From Flaccisagitta enflata (taxonomy: Eukaryota), in NCBI GenBank assembly GCA_965153355.1, contig OZ231126.1:37138001-37202000 (forward strand): a stretch of 64,000 nucleotides of DNA. Direction: 5' to 3'. Shown here one piece after another: positions 1 to 14,762 of this stretch (within the stretch, counting starts at the first letter, position 1; every line of letters starts with the position of its first letter). Made by a program: the position numbers and the translations under genes. The notes beneath the pieces are model-generated. The model was not told the origin of the DNA. It was given only the letters and a program-made list of their open reading frames with translations, and did not search any database.

Positions 1-172
<172 letters not shown>

Positions 173-800
173 CATACACACACACTGACCCACCCGGAGA
201 AGTCCGAGAAGATGATCCCTTCACAAACAACGATGATCTCAGTCTTAGATAGGGAATGATGAGAGAATACGGGAGGATAAAAAGTTTTAGGTTGCGTGCG
301 GTAAGTAAACCCGTCATCGCTACGGCCTGACGGTCATCGCGACCATCGGCGCAATCGTATATTTGTTATCATTATCATTATTATCATCGTGATTATTACG
401 ACGATACTGTAAGGTAAAACCCGGTAATTTTCAAAGATTCTCGGCCTCGTAATGATCTTTTTTTTTCTTTCTTTCGGTTTATCGTCCGTCATCAGTGGAC
501 GTAATCATTGCTGGCATCATCGTCATTGTCATCGTAAGCCCAGCTCGGATCATAGTCGTTGCGTCATCGATGCATCGTTGTCAGTGTGACAGTATCCACT
601 TGTCAGTGTCATTGTCATCGTAATCCCAGCTCGGATCATCGTCATTATGTCATCGCCGTTAACGCTTCGTCATTGTCATTAACAATGCATCTATATAGCA
701 AAAACAGATAACAGATAAAACATTCTTTGGCATCCGTTATTGCAGGGATCAACTGTTTAACAGATGATAAAAGCAACAAATACAACAAATACATGAATTG

Positions 801-1303
<503 letters not shown>

Positions 1304-1317
1304 ACTGGTCATCACCG

Positions 1318-2350
<1,033 letters not shown>

Positions 2351-2870
2351 ACTCATTCTCCCATCGGCAGGAATTTGAGACCAGTAGAAAAGAGAGCTTC
2401 GTCTCGAGAGCCTTTGCCGGGAGGCGTAAATATACACAAAACGTGTTAGAAAAGAGAGGAAAAAAAGGCTTTGAATTGGCCACTCCATTGTTAAGATTGT
2501 TGCATCCTTTTATGCGCTGGTCAAAGGAGGAGGTGTAGAAAAGAAGAGAAGAGGAAGGAGAAAAGAAAGAGAGGATTGGTCAATATAACAAATCAACGCT
2601 CTTGTTTGTATGTTTGTCGAGGGAAAATTAAGATCGCGCGAGAGTGGATGATCAAGAGAGCGAGAGAGAGAGAGAGAGGTCAGAGGGGAGGGAAGGAGGC
2701 GGAAAATTGAAGATAGAATGAGAAAGAGCCAATTGAAGGAAGTGAAAAAAAAAAAATAAAAAAGCACGAAACGAGGGAAATTATTCAATCAAAATAAAAA
2801 TGATTACTAATGTATGCATTGTCAACTGGGTCAATGTTGAAAGAACCCGAACAGCTCGAATATACTTTTT

Positions 2871-3094
2871 AGTGGCGGACACACAACTCTATATGAGGCT
2901 TTGACCGTGGGTCCGTCCATGAGTACAAGTCGATAAATGGAAAAAACGAATGTTATAGACGCCTCTTGTGTAAGATAGGTGGAACAATATCCCTCTCTTT
3001 ACCTAAACTGAAAAATATGGAAGAGGGTCTTGTGAGCCCAAACTGACTAGTTACTACGCGCACCATTCCTGCCCGCAACGATATTGTGACCCCG
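2871..3094 (+). mobile_element. HINE-like element, AGTTGC subfamily, with an unrelated 90-bp repeat inside (2976-3070)
   Basis: Matches 19457-19688 at both ends (CCGCAACGATATTGTGACCCCG); the internal segment matches 63826-63930. Confidence 0.6.
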
Positions 3095-3773
3095 AGAAGA
3101 AACCTCTTTTTGCTAAAGAAAGGTGATTATTTTGAACGAATTAGGGCGAGTACATCTCATAATATTACATTCGGTACATGATAACGGATGCACTACAACT
3201 TAATGGCTGACCCTCTGACACACCGTGGTTCGCACTGATCCCAGCTTATGCGCCGTTGAGGTTAGTGCTCGCCGCTTGTGCTCATCACGGCGCGATTTAA
3301 TCGGAGGAGAAAAGCAGATCTCTAGATAATTTGTGTTCAGAATCGATATTAATAAATCTTTGAACTTATACAAAAGAAAAAAATTGTACGTAGCGTGTCG
3401 CAGATAATAACGTAACGGAGATAAAAATTATATCCTGAATGTGAAAATGGTGCAACGAACGATGGTTTCGAAATGCGAAGATAGCTTTGTGCATATCTTG
3501 TGTAAATTCCTCCGATGCGTCCAAATATTGCTTTTGACATCAATATGCAAATGAAGATAATAAATGTGGAGTTTCTATAATTTCGTGAGATGTATTTGAT
3601 ATCATGATTGCATAAAGATAGTGAAACCCCCCCCCCAGAAAAAAACCCAGAACAACCAAAAGAAGCAGCACATGAATCAAGGGAGAAAGAGAATGAATAA
3701 AAAGATGAGTCAGTCCTTACAGAATCATTAATTGTCAAAGGTAATGCGTACAAACCTCAAATGAATTAGCGAG

Positions 3774-3850
<77 letters not shown>

Positions 3851-4580
3851 AGCGGTGTGTCGGTTATTTGCAATGTAGGGTTGCGGCAACGGCATCTCAA
3901 AGAAAAGGTGCAAATTTCTGGATCAATTTTTCGCACCTGGTTGTGGCTCGGCATCGTCCCGAGTTCAAACACGAACAACATTTTCAGGTTTTTTCCACTT
4001 CAAAAATGTAAACGATCTTTTTTTTCGGTAAGGTCTAAGCATTTTTCGAAGATCATGCCATTATTTTCATGTTTTTGTACTTTTTCAAACATGAAGATTA
4101 CCTATTCAAGCTTGAAATCTGCAGTACAAGTATAACAAGTTGAATGCAAAATAAATCACCTGCATCAAACCACTCATAATCGAGTTCTGGTTGTCTTGGA
4201 ATCGAAGATGGAAAGATTGAATGTTGCAATCATTCTTTACATCAGTATTCTCATGTCCACTTTGTCAACTGTAGATTGAAGGTTCTAACCCTTTGAAATT
4301 CTGCTGAGATAATCCTCCCTTTTCAAAAGTTGACATTGGAATGCGATTGTTAAAAGTTGAAACGATCTAAAACCTTTGAAATTTTGAATTTTTGGCTTAA
4401 AAACGAAAAAAGTTCATTTATCTCTTAGGTGTTAAGCAAGTCTCTGTTTCTTTCAGATTAGAAAGGTGTTACCGGGAATGGCATAGTTTGTCAAGTTTTA
4501 GCTAACGAACGAACGCGAAAGCCACAAACAATAGTGACAGATGTTGTCACTCCGGTAGACGGATGCGTTATTGCAATCGT

Positions 4581-4799
<219 letters not shown>

Positions 4800-4989
4800 T
4801 CATTCCTCTTGATCAAACATTGGAATCCTTTTCCATGAATACAAGAGTGGGAAGAAATGTCCGAGACGACACTGATCTTTTGTTTTTATCGGGTTTTCCC
4901 GTTTGGGCGAAGCTTTAATTCGAGTAGATTCGGGTTGTAATGTATTTAACCCAGCTCTCACATTGCCCAGACGCTAGCCCTGCCCCATA

Positions 4990-5044
4990 CCCTAACCCTA
5001 AAACCATCCCCAACCCTAACCCTAACCCTACCCCTGACCCTAAA
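4990..5044. repeat. Degenerate (CCCTAA)n telomere-like tract
   Basis: About 9 hexamers, several of them perfect CCCTAA. Confidence 0.8.
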
Positions 5045-5439
5045 TAAAAACCCGCTTAGAAAGTTAGTAAAACAAAAGACATCATCGACTTGGACATGAG
5101 TACCCAAGAGTGCACCTAACCTCAGAATTTGATTTTGATTTTAAAATCTGCAAATCAAAACATTTTATATTCGCTCGATTTATCAAAAGAGAGCCAATAC
5201 ACGGAAGAAGCAGAGATTATGAAACAAGATTTTCAAGAAACAGCGTTTCAAGGACACACAACAAAAATGTCAGTGGTTGAGTAACGCCAGAATGAGGGGA
5301 GATAGTCAATGAGAGTAAGAGTGGGACAGTAAAGGAAAAAGACGAAAGTAGTGATCGAGGGGTAAAATGATGGAAAGACAGCCTAGCCACTCATCTTGTT
5401 TGTTGCGGTTGTTGTCGTCGTTGTCACAGTCTCATTTTG

Positions 5440-5551
5440 TCATCGTCGTCACTTTCGTTTTCATCGTCGTCATCGTCGTCGCTTTCGTTTTCATCGTCGT
5501 CATCGTCGTCACTTTCGTTTTCATCGTCGTCATCGCCGTCATCGCCGTCAT
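5440..5551. repeat. 30-bp minisatellite, about 3 copies
   Basis: TCATCGTCGTCACTTTCGTTTTCATCGTCG unit. Confidence 0.85.
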
Positions 5552-6321
5552 CGCATGTGAATAGAATATCGCAGAGAGGGTCAAGCTTGACAATTCGGAT
5601 GAATGCTTCGGACCTCCTAAGGCTAATCGCTCGATGAAGATGCCCTAATCAGATAAACGTTTGCTCCGATCTAGCAAGAGATACCTCCCTTTTTTTCGGC
5701 ATCAGTTCAGATGGTTCGTCTGTCTGTTTGTAAATGACATGTATGTGATGTCAAATTTGTCTACGAAAGTGGGTCAAAAGCACTCTCTTATAATGTATTT
5801 TGGCAAACAAGGCGGTAGAGATATTTAAAAAACCGATACACGAATAGAAATTATAATTATGAGCCATGTCTTACATAAATATAAATGTAATGATATCGAG
5901 GTGGTCATGACATTGTCTATACAATCAGCTGACACTGATATTATTGGACTCGGGAAGAGAATGCTTCCTGACTTGTGTGCCTCCACTACCAAAATCATGA
6001 ATGGAAAAACATCCACGGAATATCCATCTCCTCAAAACATGTCCCTTTAAAATCAATATCCAAGAGTAAAAATATCGCCTTATTTCAGACTCAGAGTGAA
6101 ATAGGGATTGAGTACAAGCGTTGTTGTCCATTTTTCATGGGTTTTGCAATACAGATATCATTAAATTTGTAATCATGATGCACGGCAAGGTAAGAGAGGT
6201 GTCCTTGTGTTTGAGCACCGCATTGAGCAGGACATTTGTACCAATGCGACATTTCGCCTTGTCTTTCGTACATGTTCTGTCCTAATAACGCTCTGTAAGG
6301 GAACTGAACCGAAAAAAACTT

Positions 6322-6514
<193 letters not shown>

Positions 6515-6722
6515 CACGTATATTGGGCCGGGAATTGTTCCTCTCTGTGAACCGCGGGAAACGCAAGATCGCGGGCAAAGGGAACGGAAGAAAGATATCG
6601 ATCTCCGAAATTATTATGGGCCCGCGGGCATCACGCGTGAAATACCCTTGACGAAGCTGCCAAGGACTCGAATACGCGTAGTCGCGTACGGACATATTCG
6701 AATTGCACTTAACGTACAGGTA

Positions 6723-7124
6723 CTACTCGACTTAAAAAAGCCGCACCCTATTTTGAATTGATGAATAAGAAAACAAAATTTTGAACATTTTTCTGTTGAA
6801 GTGATTTTAAAGTTTTTCAAATTTTCTTTCATTCTAGACCAATCCCAGATCTGTATGTCAAACGGTTTAGGAGCTAGAGCTTGTCAAAGTTATTTGTTAA
6901 AATGCTCATTTTTCAATGGGATTGCAAACTGATAATGGCAATGCTTTTACTCATCCTTATGCCATTTACATAAACAAATAAAGCTAGAAATGCCAGATTG
7001 AAGCCAAATGAAAGATCTTTTCAAGAGCTTTTTAATGGTCTAAGATTTTAATTAGTTTTTTTTTTGAAATCCAGTATGACAATTTGCCATTTAAAAGTGC
7101 GGCTTTTTTTATTGAGTCGAGTTG
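6723..7124 (+). mobile_element. Tc1/mariner-type MITE family A, copy 1
   Basis: TA-flanked; TIR CTACTCGACT..AAAAAAGCCGCAC; interior homologous to copies at 26351 and 50824. Confidence 0.8.
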
Positions 7125-7807
7125 TAATTCCTGGTAGTTTGTAAGACAGTAAATTGTACCTCTTACCTCCTTGATTTTAATGTCTGATTATGCCGTGGAG
7201 CATGACTCAACTCGAACTAGCCGAATGTCTTGATAGCGTCGAATACCACTATATTTTCAGGCGCTCAGTTTTTGGAACGCCTCGCTCTGTCAAAATCCTA
7301 GGGTCCCGTGCTTAGAAGATCTGGCCTAGATAACTGGCCTGGAAAACCAGTTTGTTGCTGGTTAACCGGCTCTATAAGAGAATGTGTCTGAAGGAAGGTA
7401 GGTAAAAAGGTAACGCGAAATTTGAGAAGACGCGAAATCGATTGAAATAGTAATTTCTGAGCATCACAGCCACTGCCTAGCCACATTACAGCACCCGCCC
7501 TGCCTCATACTGCCCTGTTTTATGACAATGTTTATATCACTTCTCTCTTTGAGAAAAAAATCACACAAAACTGACTGAATGAATTGGCTCATATACTTGT
7601 AATTCAGTCCCATTGTTTATTTCCTCGTGGAGCAAACTTGGCAAGAGGCTACGAGAATTTAACTCCCATAGCAGCTATTTCTTTCTCTCTTTTTTTTTTT
7701 TTTTTTGCGTTACGGCATTCGGAATTATTTAATGCAGTCCCTCTTGTCAGTCTGGTGTCAAGAAGAAGAAAATGCTCTGATTTAAGTTAGTCTAAGCACT
7801 GTACTTA

Positions 7808-7985
7808 CAGTTGAACCCCTGCACTAACGGATGTCAAGGGATAACAAATTTTATTAGTTATGCATGGATCTGAATCATTGGCAACAAGAAATTATATGAT
7901 CATGAAGGGACCAATATTACATAATAAGTATCCATTGAAGGTGGATCTCCGTAACTCTTTGGTCCGTTTTAGCGAGGTGTTACTG
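7808..7985. mobile_element. pogo/Tigger-type MITE family C (degenerate)
   Basis: TA|CAGTTGAACCC...GAGGTGTTACTG|TA with subterminal AACGGA/TCCGTT inverted motifs. Confidence 0.55.
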
Positions 7986-8426
7986 TAACTGTTTGAATTT
8001 GTTTGGAACTGTCTGCTCCAGTGTAAACACACCCTTTTCGCTAATAGGGTTCTTGTCTCAATTCTATGTCTGTCTAGCCCCGACGCATTTGATTGGTTGT
8101 CTTCACGGCAAATATGATTAATGAAATTCTAGAAAACAAAGTTGGATGACCGTTTTGTCATCCATCACTTCTAACTAGTCTAAAAACATGAGAGTGAGGG
8201 AAAAGTGGGTGAGTGGGTGGTGGGTGAGTGGGTGAGTGGGTGAGTGGGTGAGAGGGAGAAACCGGTAAGTGGGATAGGAGGGTGGCTAAGGGAAACGTGG
8301 ATAGGATGGTGGTGAACAAAGACAGGATCATGGAAGGGTAACAGGAGAAGAAGGAAAGTGAGTTAATGGAAGATTGGAAGTGGGATGTTGAAAGGGGCAA
8401 ACGTGGAAAAACGAAGTGAAAATGTA

Positions 8427-8602
8427 CAGTAGGACCCCGCCTCATCAGTCCCATTGGGACTGAAGATTTTTCACCTTAATCTCAGGATACCTTTTAAAGA
8501 GAGGTGAAATCACATTGAAAACCACTATTTGGGACTTCGAAATGTTGACCTTTAATGATGGAGAACCTTTAAAAGCGGGACTGTTATTGCGGGGTTCCAC
8601 TA
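8427..8602 (+). mobile_element. pogo/Tigger-type MITE family B, copy 1
   Basis: TA|CAGTAGGACCCCGC...GCGGGGTTCCACTA|TA; second copy at 26116. Confidence 0.75.
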
Positions 8603-9253
8603 TAGTTGCAGAAAATGGCGATCATTGTAGGATAGTGTGAAAGTGTAAAAGTGGGTAGGTGGGAAAGTGGGTGAATTTGGTTGGGACATGTTGTGGGTGA
8701 ACGAGGATAAGGAAGGGGAAGAGTTAGGTCTGGAGGTGAAACGTAGGGAAGACCAAAGATGGGGCGAGGGAGGCGAGAGGGAAGGAAGGATTCAACAAAT
8801 GAGAATACAGGATGGGTGGGATGATAAAGAGGTAGACAGATAACAGGGAATCTTTGGAATGAGTAAAAACAGGGAGTGAAGGTAAATTAGCTCAAATTAC
8901 TTGTTTTTCGTTTGACTTCTTCCTTGTTTTCATTTTGAATGGCCCTTGTTCTCCCTTGAACATTATGCTGTATTATATGGTATACACCCTCCCTGTACAT
9001 ATCACTCCTGGACTCTCTCTTTCTCGAGGGAGGAGCATATCGACCGCAATATTACTTTTTAATTTACATAATCATTTTTCTTCATCTCTTCTTATTTCTT
9101 TTCAACGTTTTGAAATTCTAACCGCCCGAAGAGCAGGCAGGAAGAAAAGTTGTCCCACCTTTTTCGCGCTCTCGCGGCCTCAGAGGAGGTCACGAGATCC
9201 CTTCAAGATGTTACATCAAAGTTACAACAACACCAACAACACTCTTCTCATTC

Positions 9254-9359
<106 letters not shown>

Positions 9360-9495
9360 CAAACCATTTTTTCATCACTAAGTTTCTTCTGCCTTACTGC
9401 CTATCTACATCTCTCTGTCAGTCTTGTCTATTTTTCTGATGTGTGTTTTTGGTTCTCTGTCTCTCTGTCTCTCTGTCTCTGTCTCTGTCTCTTTT

Positions 9496-9590
<95 letters not shown>

Positions 9591-9669
9591 TTTTATTTTT
9601 TTGATGCGCACAACCCAGTTCGTGTCCCATCCATCATGATTAACCATCATGGACCCTGACAAGAAAGAG

Positions 9670-9709
<40 letters not shown>

Positions 9710-10152
9710 CGGACAGAGACAGAAGGAGAGCGAGAGTGAACCAGGGGGAGAGGAAGTTTGGACGTGTACTCAATATTTCTGTTCATTTTCATCATACACT
9801 CCGAGGGCTTAAAAAACCTTGACAGTTGCAAACAATTCAACCAACAATTCTCATAAGACTTTTTGGAAGCTCATTTTTCATAAAACCAACTCACTCAATT
9901 TGGCAGTTCATCCCTCATTACTCATTTTCAAACGGGAAAGTGTCCTTAAACTGTCATATGATTGTGTTGATACGGTATCATAATCTTTACGACCAAAAAC
10001 GTCAACCGAGAAATAATGATAAAATGAAAAGATTTTGTATCCTCGCGTCCATTTGAAGATCTAAAATACCTTTTAAAACCTTAAACTGATTAAAATTTTT
10101 CTCCACTTCACATTCCCTCCTCCTCCCTTCTTGCTTTAATATTCCCGGGTTG

Positions 10153-10258
<106 letters not shown>

Positions 10259-10827
10259 ACCGCCTGGCTCCAAGATGTGATTGACAAGCTGTTAATCCAA
10301 TAAGAACAAAACTTTTTAACGCCAGCTCTGACTACCGCCCGCCCGCTACAAAAAAAAGCCCAGAGAGTTTTATGGCAGGAATAGGAACCGATTATGTATT
10401 TAGATGTAAGAATCTTTTTTATATATTTTTCAAATTGTCAATGTACACATGATTCATTCTGTAATTTTTTCATTCATAGAATCTAACTATCTCTCTCCAT
10501 TTTCATCTGTCTGCTCACCTAAAACAACCACGAGTGGTTCACCCACGTCTGTCTTTCCCCTTTCAATAAACCTTTTTTTTCTTTTATTTCTTTTTTTCTT
10601 CTTTTTTTTTCGCTGACATTTTTTCCCTTCCTTTCGGCCAACGATTCAGAGAGAGTATCAAAGTACATTTATTCGCTTTCGCTTATCAATTTACAAAGTG
10701 GCATTGTAATCAAGAGAGACCCCAGAAAAAAAAAGCGCGTGGGCGATCAGGAAATATCGGGTTGGCGCAAGTGAGCCCGCGAAAATGAAAAATCTGTTAA
10801 AGTTATTGAGAATTTCGAGTTTTTTTC

Positions 10828-11040
10828 AGTCTTGTGCTACGTTATTCCACGAGTGGCTATGTCGGTCGGTCTGTATCTCGGTTGCTCCGGCTGTCTGTCG
10901 GTAACACATCGCTTTTTCGTCGTTTACGAGCTGTTTTACTGTTTTACTGTTAAAACTTTTAGCATCACATTTCTTGCCTCCTTTGTCGCTGTACCTGTCC
11001 CCCCACACACAACAGGGGTAGTTGTGTGTATTTGACCTTG
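10828..11040 (+). mobile_element. HINE-like element (diverged)
   Basis: T-run start, GTCGGTCGGTCTGT core, CCTGTCCCCCCAC block, degenerate 3' stem-loop ending CCTTG-TTTT. Confidence 0.55.
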
Positions 11041-12854
11041 TTTTTTTTCAATGGGAATGGTACAGTAATCCAGGGGGGGCCGGCAGGGTATCTAACATGC
11101 CGTAAGAATTAATTTTTTTCTTGTTTCACACAAATTAATGTCAAATTAAGAAGAATTTGCTGTCAAATCAATTCTTACGGCCTAGGAAGATAGCTAAAAT
11201 TAATTTAGAATATAGAAAATTATTAAAAACAGATTGCAATGGAAATCGTTACAGAAGAGGTTGAGGAAACATTTTTTTGTTCTTAACAAAATGTAGCAAA
11301 GGATAACTCATCTATGTTTCACTTCATTCTCAACTGCACTATGACCCACAACAATCAGGTTGCGTTAGTAATCAAAGATTACAAATTGATCGAAGAATTT
11401 CTTGATAGTGAGTTTTTCTGACCATAAAAAGATCAAAAATCAAAACTAAGTGGTAGAATTTGTTCCAAAGAAAAAAATCATACCCTAAAAGAGCTCTTTA
11501 CACATTATCAGCCTCCTTCCTCCTCTGACAGTAATCAATTCATTTGATCTGGAAGTCATCATCATTCAACAGTCAACAACGCCCACGCGCTTGATTTGAG
11601 CGTGACAACGTCAACTCGAAAGTCATCCGCATTTGATCCAGCTCAGCACGCCGATTGCAACAACTCTATATGAGTGCGCAATTGCAACTCGCAAGTTTAT
11701 GCAGCCGTAGTTTATATAAATGATATCTTCATCTACAAATAAACAAGGCCAATACGTGAGCCGTGAGGATGGCTGAAACAAATGCGTAACCGACAAACCA
11801 AATGGACAGAGCCTCTTATTGATTGGCATACCGATCCAATTCTTGCTACTAACGGCTGTGTTTGGAGACGATGTTGCTAGGTCAGTCAAAATTGGCAGAT
11901 TATTCCGTGAGCTTAGTTTTTGCCCTGGACTAACTCTTTTTGCTACTATGTTTTAAGGACAATGTTGCTGCGTCGGCGTTTGACCAACGACCATCAAATA
12001 CCATACTCCATACGACGAAATTTGAGGAAGATGGGTTCAAGATCCAGTCGCGGGTCAGTCTGCATTGCAGACTCTGCATCCGCCGAATCGCCCGTCGAAT
12101 GATTGATCCGAATTCCGATTCATTGAGGATCGCGGAAGAATGTCGTCAATTATGAAAAAAGACTGACATCTCTCTGGCTCATATCGTGATCAATCCTTGC
12201 TTTTTTTTTTTGTTGTTGTTTAATCTGCGTATTAATAATATATCATATCAAATATGCGATTTTTTTCTGGGCGGAATTCTAATAGTTGAGAAAAGTATAA
12301 ATTCTTAAGCATGGCTTAATCGCTTTCGTTTATGCACGATAGACAGATGTTTCTGACGTGGTTGCGATTGCGTATGTTTTCATGGCGCCTTAGATTGATG
12401 CATCCTATTTAGTCGCGGACACGCGACTTTAAACTTTGCTATGTCGGTCCTGGCATCCATCTGTCCCTCTGTCCGAAACTTTTTTTTTTTTGAATAATGC
12501 CTTTTTTACAGCGTTTTGATTCATTGTAAGGTATGCAGGTGTGAAATATTGTTGTACTGCTTTTTGATGTACTACCCCTGCCCAACTGTCCGTGACTTTT
12601 TCCCTGTTTTGGGCTTGTAATGCTCACATGCATCTGTGTTATGAAACAATTCCCCAATCTTGACCCCAGATTTGGTGTGAAACACCTTTCACGTAGTCCT
12701 CCTTCACAACCGATCTAACTTGAGTAAACTGGAATTGATCCCATATAGAATTGAAATTCATTTGATCTCACACCGAAATTTGATATTTGATAAGTGATTG
12801 ATATCAACCAAGTTGAAGTTAGTTAAGGAGAAACTGAAAGAAACAGGAGAGAGC

Positions 12855-12907
<53 letters not shown>

Positions 12908-13109
12908 TAGATGATTGCTACCTTATTGCTTTGGAAATATTGATCCTGGACAAGCAGTGAAAAATTCTTGAGATCCTTTTCGGAACTTTTTTTTATATTC
13001 CTTCAACTTTTTTTTATATTCCTTCAATTTTTGTCTTATTTCAAACGCAGGACGAAAGATGATGTAGAATGTTCCTCTAGCAAAGATTTTTGAAATTTCA
13101 GCTGAGTCC

Positions 13110-13110
<1 letters not shown>

Positions 13111-13184
<74 letters not shown>

Positions 13185-13410
13185 TTTATCTTCTTCTTTT
13201 TCTTCTCTTCTTCTTCTTCTTCTTCTTCTTCTTCTTCTTCTTCTTCTTCTTCTTCTTCTTCTTCTTCTTGTTCCTTCTTCTCGTTCTCCTTGTTCATCTT
13301 CTTGTTCTTCTTCTTGTTCTTCTTTTTCTTCTTCTTCTTCTTCTTCTTCTTCTTCTTCTTCTTCTTCTTCTTCTTCTTCTTCTTCTTCTTCTTCTTCTTC
13401 TTCTTCTACT
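13111..13410. repeat. (TTTC)n/(TTC)n microsatellite
   Basis: Directly visible. Confidence 0.93.
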
Positions 13411-13580
13411 TTTTCTTCTTCTTTTCCATTTTCACTTTTCTTTCGTTTCTGTTTCAGCGGTTTTGCGATTTTTTTTTGTCATCACTTATGAATTTGGAAG
13501 AAATGTTGAGGCTTAGCGCAAAAGTGCCTTGTTTTCATAAAATACTTTCATTAAATTGAAAAGTACACGAGAGAGGAAGA

Positions 13581-13654
<74 letters not shown>

Positions 13655-14447
13655 CTGGTGGTGACATCAAGTGCCATTTTCCCTCAGTGCTAGGCCGCTG
13701 TTGTTATGATAATTCAAACAAACGCATTTTAAAGGAAAACAACTTTAAAAAGGTTTTTAAGGTCTTGATTTTTGGAAGAAAGAGAAAATTCGATGCACTT
13801 TTATGACGTTTGTACTAATCATCAACTCTATGAACAAATTCATCCCCATTGTAGTTTGGGTGTGCAATTCAACAAAGCAATTTTAAATGCAACATTTCTT
13901 ACTTTTGCTTCGGGTTTTTAATACACAGTAGATGAATTTTAATACGTGATGTTCTTGACCCCAATAAATGTCTTGATCTTTAAATTAGAGGTCACGGAGA
14001 CATTATCATCGCGAATAAGCAGCCCCGATAAAACAAGACGACATAAATTAAGAGACCGATAACGTTGATGGGGCAACTTGATGCTGTTGGGGATCCAAAA
14101 ATCGCCCACGATTTCTTATTTTCATCCACTCAATCAATATCTAGCTCTCTCTTTCTCAACTACCCAGGCCCCTTTTTAGGCTCTTTTCGCGAAGAAAACC
14201 CTCTGAGATAAGCATTGAAATAAAGAAGGGGAAGTAAAAACAGAAAGAAGAAGAGGGAAATAAACAAAGAAAGAAAAAAAAGACTGAGATTAAAGGAAGA
14301 AAAAAAATATCTAAATCTAAGCTCCTTTTCCCTCTTCTTGGGTTTTCTCTCGGTTAATTTCATTGTTTCTCCTATTTTCCACTAAGATTTCCTTCGAACC
14401 CCTCTGAAACTATTTTTGTACTTAGAAAATGCTAAGTGGCTTTGGTT

Positions 14448-14762
<315 letters not shown>

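Noticed and set aside
8433..8465. CTGATGA on the minus strand next to a hairpin, as a possible hammerhead ribozyme
   Set aside because: No stem II followed by GAAA in the right position; it lies at the end of a pogo-type MITE.
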